Shown here: positions 47,850 through 59,472 of the stretch, in pieces
How positions within the stretch are numbered: position 1 is the first letter of the stretch
Layout of the letters: each line of letters begins with the position of its first letter
NCBI RefSeq assembly: GCF_964213995.1
Contig: NC_135802.1
Span: 71,920,001-71,984,000, forward strand
Reading direction: 5' to 3'
DNA: 64,000 nucleotides
Source of the DNA: Mustelus asterias
Lineage: Eukaryota
The notes under the pieces: generated by a model
What the model was told of the DNA's origin: nothing
The model's input: only the letters and a program-made list of their open reading frames with translations
Databases searched by the model: none
Program-made: the position numbers and the translations under genes

Positions 47850-49159
47850 AACATTTTGAGTCCACATGACCCTTCCATTGATGAAGGATCATATGGAAAT
47901 AAAACATTAACAGTCTTCATAGAGGCTTCCAGACTTGCTCATTTTATTCAACATTTTGACTGGAGAACAGCTAATGTGGTTCCGCTATTTAAGAAGGGTT
48001 ATAGAGATAAACCAGGGAACTACAAACCAGTGAGTCTCACGTCAGTGGTGGGGAAACTATTAGAGAAACTTCTGAAGGAGAGCATCTAACTCCAGTTGGA
48101 GAGGCAAAGCTTGATCAGGGATAGTCAGCATGGCTTCATCAGAGGGAGGTCATGCCTAACAAACTTGATTGAATTTTTGAAGGGGTGACCAGGTGTGTAG
48201 ACAAGGGTAGTGCAGTCGATTTGGTTTATATGGGTTTCAGCAAAGCCTTTGACAAGGTCCCACATGGGAGACTTGTAAAGAAGGTAAATTCACATGAGAT
48301 ACAGGGTAATTTAATAAAGTGGATAAAAAATTGGCTCAGTTGCAGGAGACAAAGGGTGATGACAGAAGGCTGCTTTAGTGACTGGAAGCCAGAGTCCAGT
48401 GGCATACCACAGGGATCTGTGTTGGCCCTCCTATCATTCTTCATTTATATAAATGACATTGATGACTATGTGGAGGGTAGGATTAGTAAGTTTGTGGATG
48501 ACACAAAGATTGGCCTGGTGGATAAAAATGAGGCTGAATGTCTTGGGCTACAAGAAGATATAGACGGAATGGTCAAATGGGCAGATAAGTGGCAGATGGA
48601 ATTTAACCATGAAAAGTGTGAGGCGATATACTTTGGAAGGAGTAATTTGACAAGAAAGTATTCAATGAATGATAGGACACTAGGAAGTTCTGTGGAACAA
48701 AGGGACCTTGGCGTGTTTGTCCACAAATCTCTGAAAGCGGAAGGAAATGTTGCTAGGATAGTGAATAAGGCATATGGGACACTTGCCTTTGTCAAGCGAG
48801 GCATAGATTACAAAAGCAAAAGCAAGTCATGTTGGAGTTGTATAGAACTTTCGTGAGGCCACAGCTAGAGTACTGTGTGCAGTTCTGGTTGCCACATTAT
48901 CGGAAGGATGTGATTGCACTGGAGGGGGTGCAGAGGAGATTCACCAGGATGCGGCCTGGGATGGAACATTTAATTTATGAAGAGAGGTTGGACAGCCTTG
49001 GGTTGTTTTCGTTGGAGCAGAGAAGACTGAGGGGTGACCTAATCAAGGTGTACAAGTTTATGAGAGACATGGACAGAGTGGATATGGAGCAGCTATTCCC
49101 CTTAGTTGAAGGGTCAGTCACGAGGGGACATAGGTTCAAGATGAGGGGCAGGAGATTTA

Positions 49160-49827
49160 CATAGATAGAATCCCTACAATGTAGAAGGAGGCCACTCGGT
49201 CCATTGAGTCTACACCAATCACAATCCCACCCAGGCCCTACCCCCATAGAATAGAATAGAATAGAATAGAAACCCTACAGTGCAGAAGGAGGCCATTCGG
49301 CCCATCGAGTCTGCACCGACCACAATCCCACCCAGGCCCTATCCCCACATATTTACCCGCTAATCCCTCTAACCTACGCATCCCAGGACTCTAAGGGGCA
49401 ATTTTTAACCTGGCCAACCAACCTAACCCGCACATCTTTGGACTGTGGGAGGAAACCGGAGCACCCGGAGGAAACCCACGCAGACACGAGGAGAATGTGC
49501 AAACTCCACACAGACAGTGACCCGAGCCGGGAATCGAACCCGGGACCCTGGAGCTGTGAAGCAACAGTGCGAACCACTGTGCTACCGTGCCGCCCTAACC
49601 CCACGTATTTACCCCACTAATCCCCCTAACATTAAGGGGCAAATTTAGCATGACCAAACAAACCTAACTTGCACATCTTTGGACTGTAGGAGGAAACCAG
49701 AGCACCCGCAGGAAACCCACGCAGACATGGGGAGAACATGCAAACTCCACACAGTCACCCAAGCTGGAATTGAACCCGGGTCCCTGGTGCTGTGAGGCAG
49801 CAGTGCTAACCACTGTGCCACCTTGCC
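49160..49827 (-). mobile_element. HE1-type V-SINE (outer copy)
   Basis: Head ggcaaggtggcacagtggttagcactgctgcctcacagcaccagggacccgggttcaattcc on minus; CR1-type tail at 49160-49246. Confidence 0.9.
49247..49595 (-). mobile_element. HE1-type V-SINE (inner, full-length, young)
   Basis: Head gggcggcacggtagcacagtgg, B-box gggttcgattcc, V-domain, CR1-type tail ending in (TTCTA)n. Confidence 0.92.
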
Positions 49828-51559
49828 GGAGGGGGATGTAAGGAAAACCTTTTTTACCCAGAGAGTGGTGACGGTCTGGAATGCGCTGCCTGGGAGGGTG
49901 GTTGAGGCGGGTTGCCTCACATCTTTTAAAAAGTATCTGGATGAGCACTTGGCACATCATAACATTCAGGGCTATGGGCCAAGTGTTGGCAGATGGGATT
50001 AGGTGAGAGTTCAGGTGTTTCTAATGTGTCGGTGCGGACTCGATGGGCTGAAGGGCCTCTTCTGTGCTGTATGATTTTCTGTTTTTATTTCAGATTTCCA
50101 GCATCCACAGTATTTTGCTTTTTGAATGGACCAGATCCTTTATCAACTCACTGAAATTAATCCTGTTTCCATTGAGCATCTTTGCCTATGCCCCTTTCCA
50201 TAACTACTCTAACCATAGTAAGAATGTGAGCACTGTATCGAACACTTACTTTCAACCTCATTGAGATGGAAATATACTGATACAGTTCTCCTGTGCATAT
50301 TTTAACAATGCCTCCCACTCCTTGCCAAATAAGTTCCATCTTCAAACCCACCAGCACATCATCCTTTTCCAGGGATATATATTTATCTTTGATCAATATT
50401 ACTTGTCTTCTTTTTTTTTCTGTTGCTCCTGAATTCATTGGGCAGAATTTACATATGTGTGTGTGGATAGGAGAGTTTATGAAGAAAACAAAGGCCTGCT
50501 GAGGAGTTAAGAACATTCTGAATGCTCAGTGTTTTCACACCATCTGTCATTGTTAGATGCAGTGCTGTAATGTAGATGTGTTTTTAAAATGGAGGATTCA
50601 ACATAGGAATCTGTCCTTTAGAGGTAAGTTGACCCTGACATTGACCATCATTGCGTAATTGTTCAGTTGCATTACAGCACGTTTCAAATGGTGAAGTGCC
50701 ATAATGCAGTGAAAAATTTAAAAAAAACTTCTGGTGTCAAGTTTTTATGCTCTGATTTATTAGACTGCCAAATTTGGCTATTATATATAAAAAAAGCCCT
50801 GCTTCTGAAGGTAGCAAAAAAATAGTCTGACCCCCACCCATTAACAGGCACTCTGCTTTGAAATGGAAATAGCACTCTGTTCTGTCTATAGAGCTGGAAG
50901 CTTTTGTTATGACAGTCAATCCATTATAAAAGCTTTGCTGGGTTTCAATAGCTTCAGCTCAGCAGCTGGTCTTAGACCTGTTGAAACTTTTATGAACTCC
51001 GTTGTGACTGTGGAGGATAATGGTGTTCATCTAGAGGACAAGGGGTGGAATGGGAATTTGAGGGGTCATGAGTTGGCACTGGGAGTGGATGGGGTGGTGA
51101 GGGATGATGTTTAGCGTGCCTTTAAACAATGTTGGGAGCTGGGCAACTGTGTTGGAGAACTGAAGCAGATTCGCACACTGCTTCACAACTAGTAAATTGC
51201 ACTTCGAACCCGACCCATGTGTGAAAAAAACAAAAATGGCACGTGAAGTCACACATGAGTCAAGTGTAGAGTTTGCACAGGTCAGGTTTTCTGGTCCCAG
51301 ACAAAGATTTGGGCCATTGTATCTAGAAATGCTAAGTTTCTATTTCTGCCCTTATTGGAGCCACTGTTCTGCTACTGCCACTATATCATAACTCCATGTA
51401 GCAACTAGTGCTTGCAGCTCACCAACCTTACTGAGCACTCTGGGCTTTTGCATGCATGCATTTCAAACTTCGGTCCACCCCACCCCCCCAACTTCCCCTG
51501 TCTGATCCCTTCTTTCAGTGGACAACTCTTTATTCTAGCCTTTTATTGACTTTTTCCAA

Positions 51560-51665
51560 TTCTGACAGAAGGCCATTGACTTAAAACGCAAACACTGTTT
51601 CTCATTCCACAGATGCTACCAGACCTACTGAATATTTTCAGCAGTTTTTCTTTTCATTTCTACAT
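51560..51665 (+). mobile_element. Penelope family-B terminal remnant
   Basis: tctgacagaaggccattgacttaaaacg (decayed hammerhead core) followed by ccacagatgctaccagacctactgaatattttcagcag. Confidence 0.5.
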
Positions 51666-53029
51666 TCTAATCCTGTTTGTTTCTCTCAGTCCTCCATGCA
51701 TCTTATTTCTATACTATGGAGAGAATAGTTTATTGTCATTCTTACATTACTAAAAACTTGAATTGAAGTTAAAATAAAATCTTTACTGTCTTTGGCATGC
51801 CTCAATTAACAGAAATAAAATTAGTAAGCAGTTTTAACTTTTCTACATGGAAACATCACCAAGCATCAGTTTTTACTGAGCACGTTTCAACTTTAATAAT
51901 TACAGTTGTTAAAACATGGATTTATTAAACATTTACTTTGAAAATAACTAGCACATTCCTTAAGAAGTATAAAATAGGGGACCTTTGCAGCATTGTTGTT
52001 CAACTAGCTTCGGAATTAGTTTGAACAAAATGTTTAAGCCTTGACCATTGATTTTGGCATTCATTCGAAACTTTGAATACTCAACGTGTTTGCAACCAGC
52101 CAGCGTGTTTAGCAATAGCAATGGTCAATCTAGTGTTCATTCAGAACATTTGCAGTTGACACTGATTTTATTGGGGTGGAACTATTATAATGAACTCTCA
52201 CTATTTCAGCAAGACAAATAGCATAGTGGCACAAAAGTTCCACTTAATGGAAGAAGTTACTTCAGCCTTAATTTCCTGAGACTTTTGAGCTACAAATTGG
52301 GTTTTACAATTGCCAAAAGTCTCAGAAAATTCTGGGCCATTAATTAAGGAGTTAAGAGAAGCCTTATTACCGTTGATTTGCAAACTGATTGCAAACACTT
52401 TTCTGTATTTGTGTTGACTCAAAGAGCTTTATTAGCTCAGTGGCTTAGTTGTAACTCAAATTCCATCGGGAAATCAGACAGACCAAAAATGTAATCCTTA
52501 ATCTACTTTCAATCATTTTCAAAGTAGCAAATGGTCTTGCATCTCCCTCTTCCATTACTCTTCCCTGCGTTACCTCCATTAACGCAATAATTAAAGAATG
52601 AAACAAGTGCAATAATTGGCCGATCTGGAAATGTTTCATATTTCCACTTATGAAGCCACAATGAGTCATCTGTTAGTTACTGTGTCGTCTCATTTGTGGA
52701 AATATGAATCGTATTTACTAGCTTGCTTTGGCATAACTTTGTATTTCGTCACATGAGGAAACAGGGCCTGAATCTGCAGGAGAATGAAAATGGCAGAAGA
52801 ATTTGACAAGATTGTGGAGGCAAAGGTCCTCAGGATTCCATCAATATTTTCAGATCTGTTTACTGTCCAGAAGGAGGGAACACCAGCAGCAGGAGGCTGA
52901 AGCTATGGGGATGGTTCCTGGTAATCTGCAAGCGGAGAAACCTGACGTTGGAGAGGTTTATGTTCAAGAGTTTTCCAGCTCTCTATTTCCAAGCTAATAA
53001 CCAAATGCTCTTAGCTTGTGTAATAATAT

Positions 53030-54410
53030 TTTATGTTGCACCTTATTGAATGCCTTTTGGAAATCTAAATACACTGACCTGGATTTTTGCAACAATGGAG
53101 AGCCACTCTGTCATTATAAAAATGTTTGAAGAGGCCGAAAATCAGAAGCCTTGACCCTAAATGTGGCACCTATTATTTTCACTGGGGCAGGAATGGGGGA
53201 GGGTCATGCTTCATGCGTACACATTTCGTGGAGGCAACTGCCGGTATAAATCAGCCTTATGCCTCTACTAGTGTCGAATTTTGGTGACCCAGGTGTGTGA
53301 AACACAACATGTGCATGTTACCTGGTAGAAGCAGACTTGAACTTTGTGGAGATCTTTGGACATGGTCCTGGGACATTGTTTGGAGAGGTCTAGTGCCCTT
53401 TGGGGAGATTAGGTGCCCCTTAGGTAAGCATGAATGTGCATAAAAAGTGCATAACTCATTAACTGTCATGCTCATTGGAACTGTCAAAATGAAACATCAA
53501 GGCAACTGTCAAGCATTTAAAACTCCTGGCCTTTAAATCTTTGGGAAAAAAATGGCTGGATTGGTAAAAAAAAGATTGCTTGTAATTTAACTCGATTTAT
53601 TGATATAAATCAGAGCAGCAAGGTTGGCCTTCTGTCCAGCCTACTTCCGCACCCGGCAGACTCTGCACTCTTTCCGAGGTTGTCTGACCTGACACCAAGA
53701 GAACCCCGCCATCCGGAAGGATGATCTCAATTTCCAGGGCATTTACTCCTTGGTTGAATTTGTGGAGGTGGGAAATGCACTCCCACTCCGGGAGCAAAAA
53801 TTCAGGCCACTACTTCTACAAGTTCCTCTTTATCCACTCTGTTTGATACATCCTCAGTTCACTCTAATAAATTTGGCAAATATGATTTCCCTTTCACGAA
53901 ACCATGTTGACTCTGCCTGATTGTGCTATGATTATCTTTAGTAATGGATTCGAACATTTTCTTAACAACAGATATTAGACTAACTGGCCTATAGTTTCCT
54001 GCTTTCTGCCGCCCTCATTTCTTGAATAATGGTGTTATGTTGGCAGTTTTCCACTCCACTGGAATCTTTCCAGAATTTTGGAAGATTACAACCAATCCAT
54101 CCATCATCTCTGCAGCCAAATCTTTTAAGACCCTAAGATGTCAGCCAACAGGCCCAAGGGACTTGTCAACCCTTTATCGCATTAGAATTCACGTTATTTT
54201 TGTTGCTACTTATAATGATTGTTTTAAGTTGGGTTTTTATATTCAACTTTTCTTGGGATGCTTTGTGTCTTCTATTGTGAAGACAATACTTGTTTGAAAC
54301 CTCTGTCTTTTTCTCATTTTCCATTATAAATTCCTCAGTCTCACCCTTGAGGGGACCAGTGCTTACTTTAGTTATTCTTTTCCTTTTTATGTACTTGTAG
54401 AAGCTTTAAG
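53030..54410 (-). mobile_element. Decayed CR1 ORF2 fragment
   Basis: Reverse-complement YLDFQKAF, QHGF and NYRPVSL codons; split by the MITE at 53076-53808. Confidence 0.8.
53076..53808. mobile_element. MITE with 15-bp imperfect TIR and ACT TSD
   Basis: gacctggatttttgc / gcaaaaattcaggcc; ACT at 53073-53075 and 53809-53811. Confidence 0.8.
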
Positions 54411-54724
54411 TGACTGTTTTAAAGGAGGATATCGAGGGAGGATTGGAAAATTATGGGCAGTTCCAATTCCTTAACTTCCTCAGCAACTGAGGATGCCTCC
54501 GATTCAGACAGAGTAGCTTTACTACTTTGAGCACTGCTAACTATTTAACTAACTACTTTTATCCTGTCTGATTTCTCTACTACCTTCCCCTTTACTGTGA
54601 CATTGGCAACATAACCTTTATTAAAGATCTCTTTTGGTATCCTCATCTCAGATTAGATTTAATATTTTCATCAAATGTGAATACTTTGCAAGTGTGCAAA
54701 TGAAATCCCTTTATTCATAAAGGA

Positions 54725-56400
54725 ATGAAACAAAAAGCAGGAAACTACAGGCCAGTTAGCTTAACATCTGTCAGAGGGAAAATGTTAGAAGCTATTACTA
54801 AAGACGTTATAGCAGGCACAATTCAAGGTGACCAGGCAAAGTCAATATGGTTTTGTGAGAGGAAAATCATTTTCAGTCAATTTATTGGAATTTCTTTACA
54901 TTATGTGCTGTGAATAAAGCGGAACTGGTGGATGTACTGTATTTAGAACCATAGAACCCATACAGTGCGAGTGCAGAAAGAGGCCATTCGACCCATCATG
55001 TCTGCACTGACTCTCTGAAAGACCATTTTACCCAGGTCCATGCAGACTCGGGGAGAACATGCAAACTCCTCACACAAAGTCATCCAAGGCTAGATTGAAC
55101 CTGGGTTCCTGGTGCTGTGAGGCAGCAGTGCTAACCACTGTACCACTGTGACACCCATAATTTCTACAAGGCATTTCAAAAGGTGCCACATCAATTATTG
55201 CAGAAAGGAAAAGCTCATAGTGTAGGGGGTAACATATTGGCATGGATAGAAGATTGGCTAGCTAACAGGAGACAGAGTAGGCATAAGTGTGTTATTTTCT
55301 GGTTGGCAAGATGCAACAAGTGTTATGCCAGAGGGATCAGTATTGGGGACTCAACTTTTTACAGTTTATAAAAATGACTTGGATAAAGGAACCAAAGTTA
55401 CAGCTGCAAAATTTGCTGATGGTAGAAAGAAAGGCAAGAAAGTAAGTTATGAAGAACACATTACAAAAAACTACAAAGTGTAATAGGTTAAGTGAGTGAG
55501 CAACGATCTGGCAAATTGAGTACAATATGTAAAAATGTGAAATTATCCATTTTGGCAAGAAGAATGAAGAGGAAGCATATTATCTAAATGGTGAGAGATT
55601 GCAGAACTCTGAGATGCAGAGGGATCTGGTGTCCAAGTATGCAAGTAATTAAGAAGATGAATAGAATGTTATCATTTATTTGGTGGGGAATTGAATATAA
55701 AAGTAGGGATGCTATGTTTCCGTTAAACAGGGTATTTGTTAAAAGTTAAAGTTCAAGTTTATTTATTAGTCACAAGTAGGCTTACATTAACATGAAGTTA
55801 CTGTGAAAATCCCCTAGTCGCCATACTCTGGCACCTATTCGGGTACACTGAGGGAGAATTTAGCATGGCCAATACACCTAACCAGCACATCTTTTGGACT
55901 GCGAGGAAACCAGAGCACCCAGAGGAAACCCATGCAGACTCTGACAGACAAGCTGGGAATCGAACCTGGGTCCCCAGCACTGTGAGGCAGCAGTGCCAAC
56001 TATTGTGCCACCGTGCTACCCGTGAGACCACATCAGGAGTACTGTGTACAATATTAGTCTCCTCATTTAAAGAAGAATGTAAATGCGTTGGAAGCAGTTC
56101 AGACAGGGTGGATGTGAAAAAGGATGTGCTCGCATGTTGGAGAATCTAGAACTGAGGGTCACTGTTTAAAAATAACGCATCGTGTATTTAAGACAGAGAG
56201 AGTCTTTGGAACTCTCTTTCTGAAAAGATGGTAAAAGTGGATAGAGTCTTTGAATATTTTTAAGGCAGAGCAAGATAGATTCTTGATGAGCAAGGGGGTG
56301 AAAGATTATTGGGAACATGTGGGAATGTAACAATAATATCAGCCGTGATTTTGTTGAATGACAGGACAGGCTCAAGTAGCCTACTTCTGTTCTTAATTTG
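54725..56400 (+). mobile_element. Decayed CR1 RT/3' region containing two V-SINE inserts (~54946-55155, 55755-56021)
   Basis: GNYRPVSLTSV, PEGSVLG, KFADG motifs; HE1-type motifs on minus within. Confidence 0.8.
55755..56021 (-). mobile_element. V-SINE with alternative tail (same as 11104-11366)
   Basis: gtcacaagtaggcttacattaac...aaaatccccta tail; head gggtagcacggtggcacaatag on minus. Confidence 0.85.
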
Positions 56401-58119
56401 TATGTTTGTGTGCATGTACCCACCGTGGAGCCAGCTGCAAGATATATTGGAGCAGCGCAGGACAATTAGGCTGTTTATATTTGTTACCTCGGTCCCACCT
56501 GTCACTCTCTTCCCCCTGCCACCACTGTCATTTGCACATGGGAAGTGGCGAAGAAACAATCAGCATCTTTGCCCCATGGTGCAGGTGCGGGCAGGTGAAT
56601 TCTAGCTGGGGTAATGAGGTGGCAGTGAGCCTCAGTACGTGCATTTCTTGCATTCTGTGCTGCGTCCCTCCTTCATTTCCAACAATTGCCAACAAGCTCT
56701 GCAGAGTTAATGGTGGACTTAAAAATTCAATAATCTTCAATTGGTTTATCTTAACTTCATTAAAAAGAAATGAATTAATTGTTTTCAGATTGAAAAGCAT
56801 TATTGACAGCCTCTAGCAACACATACAGATTAATAAGAGAATTCGAGGGCAAGAATAACTTCCAGGGCTGACAATTATGAAAATCGGCCGACAGAATTGA
56901 ATGATTTCTCATGGGAGAAGGGATGGTTGCGAGAGAACACAATTTGGATCTTTAATATGCTAAGAGGCATGAATAATGTGGGAGTTAAGCAGAATATAAA
57001 CTTCCAATTGCAGGACCAAAGGAAATGAGTATAAAATTAACATGCCTCAAGCAAAACTAACAATTTGAAGATTTATTTTCCTCCACATTGTGTATTATGT
57101 GAAATAAACTCCCATCAAAGGCACTTAATGCTGCTATGCCAATTATCCAATTAAAAGTGGGTACATGATAGCATTGGTAGCTGAGAATGAACTCACAATT
57201 TGAATAATGAAAAAGGAAGACTTGTGTTTATATAGGGTGGTTCATGACTGTAGAACACTTGAGGTACTATTCAAATGGGGTACTAATCAAGTGATCTGCT
57301 TTGCCCTGAATGCTATCGAGTGATGAGTATTATAGCATCTTTGACTGAGCGATCACATTCTAAGACATAGTTGTCTAATTGCACTTTGAGATAGATGGGG
57401 AAAGAATGCTCTTGACCTTGCTGTCTCCACTATCACAGGTGTGTCTATCCATCATAACATAGGTCGAAATGACCATGTTTAGGAATCCCTCCTGAGGAAT
57501 CCCCCACCAAGATGTCATTCTACAGTCCAATTGATTCACTCTGTGTGACATCAATAAATGGCTGAGTACACTAGATACACCAAAGGCAGCAAGCCATGAC
57601 ATCTCCACTGGAGTGTTGAGGACCTGTGCTTCAAAACTGACCTTAATCGTAGCTAAGCTATTCTAGTATAACATTGGCTCAAACAAATTCATCAGATATA
57701 TCCTGGCTACAAAAAGCATTGAGTCATACAGTACAGAAGAGGCCCTTCAGCCCATCAAGTCTGCATCTACAAAACTACATTAAATCTACACTAATCCCAC
57801 TTTCTAGCATTTCACCCATAGCCTTGAACGTTATAACATTTCAAGTGTTTATCCACATTCTTTTTAAAGTTAGTGAGGTTTCCTGCCACGACTAGCTTCC
57901 CAGGCAGTGCATTCCAGATTCCCACCACCTTCTGGATTAAAATGTTCTTCCTCAAATCTCCTTTAAACCTCCTGCCCCATACCTTAAAATTATGCTCCCT
58001 TGTTACTGACCTTTCAACTACGGGGGACAGTTGCATCCTATCCACCCTGCTCTTACCCCTCATAATTTTATACACTTCAATCTGATCCTCTCTCAGCCTT
58101 CTCTGCTCTAAAGAAAACA

Positions 58120-58343
58120 CAGTGAGAAGTTTAACAACACCAGGTTAAAGTCCAACAGGTTTATTTGGTAGCAAAAGCCACACAAGCTTTCGGAGCTCCA
58201 AGCCCCTTCTCCAGGTTGAAGAAGGGGCTTGGAGCTCCGAAAGCTTCTGTGGCTTTTGCTACCAAATAAACCTGTTGGACTTTAACCTGGTGTTGTTAAA
58301 CTTCTTACTGTGTTTACCCCAGTCCAACGCTGGCATCTCCACA
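58120..58343 (+). mobile_element. Penelope-like fold-back insert (family A) with hammerhead-like core and 13-bp TSD
   Basis: ~90-bp inverted arms (58120-58210 / 58220-58311); core tgaaga-aggggcttggagctcc-gaaagct; TSD tctaaagaaaaca at 58107-58119 and 58344-58356. Confidence 0.85.
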
Positions 58344-58691
58344 TCTAAAGAAAACAACCAGAGTCTATCCAGCCTCCCTCCATAGCTCAAATACTACATC
58401 CCAGGCCATATCTTGGTGAATTTCCTCTGCACACTTTCCAGTGCAATCAGATCCTTCCTAAAGTGAGGAAATACGCCAATTGTGACCCAACCAAAATTGT
58501 GTACAGTCCAACATAACCTTCCTGCTCTCCTAGTCTATGCCATGACTGATAAAGGCAAGTGTCCCATGTGCCTTTGTAACTACCCTATTAACCTGTCCAG
58601 CTATCTTCAAGGATCTGTGCACAAGCAGCGCAAGATTCCTCTGTTCCTCTGAGCTTCCTAGTATCCGACCATTCTTTGAATACTTCATTCC

Positions 58692-59154
58692 TAGAATCAT
58701 AGAATCAACAGCATGGAGACAGGCCCTTTGGCCCAAACTGGTCCATGCTGACCAAAATGTCCATCTAAACTAACCCCATTTGCCTGCATTTGGCCCATAT
58801 CCCTCCTAACCTTTCCTCTCCATGTATCTGTCCAAATGCCTTTTAAATGTTGTCAATGTCCCTGCCTCGACCACTTGCTCCGGCAGCTCAGTCCACATAT
58901 GTCCCACCCTCTGAGTAAAAAGGTTGCCCCTCAGGTTCCCATTAATTCGATCCCCTCTTAACTTAAACCTATGCCCTCTGGTTCTCGATTCCCCAAACCT
59001 TGAAAAAAGACTGAGTGCATTCACCCTATCCATGTCTCTCATGATTTTATACACCTCTATAAGATCACCCCTTAGTTTCCTACACTCCAAAGAAAAAAGT
59101 CCTAGCCTGTCCAATCTCTCCCTACAACTCAGTCCCTTGAGTCCTGGCAGCATC
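58692..59154 (-). mobile_element. Short CR1 3' end nested in CR1
   Basis: tagaatcatagaatc tail; RMLPGLKGLSCRERLDRLGLFSLE...RGDLIEVYKI. Confidence 0.85.
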
Positions 59155-59472
59155 CTTGTCTTGTTACTCCTTACAAAGTGCATCACCTCGCACTTTTCGG
59201 TGTTAAATTCCATATGCCATTGATCTGCCTATCTGACCAACCCACTTATTTCTTCCTGCAACCTAAGACCTTCTTCCTCACTATTAACCACCCTGCAATC
59301 TCCGTGTCAGCCACAAATTTATTTATCATCCTCCCATAATATCATCTATATCTTTTATATGTATCACGAACAATAAGAGACCTAGCACTAATCCCTGTGA
59401 TATACCATTGGACACTGGCCTCCAGTCACACAAACAGCCTTCTACCACCACCCTATGTCTCCAACCACTAAG

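Larger units (their letters stand above)
47955..50075 (+). mobile_element. CR1 LINE RT region and 3' UTR, interrupted by nested HE1 SINEs
   Basis: DWRTANVVPLFKKG, GIPQGSVL, YINDID, KFVDDTK, EYCVQFW; resumes at 49828. Confidence 0.92.

Noticed and set aside
49500-49595. tRNA gene
   Set aside because: The A/B boxes belong to a tRNA-derived SINE head followed by the V-domain and LINE tail.
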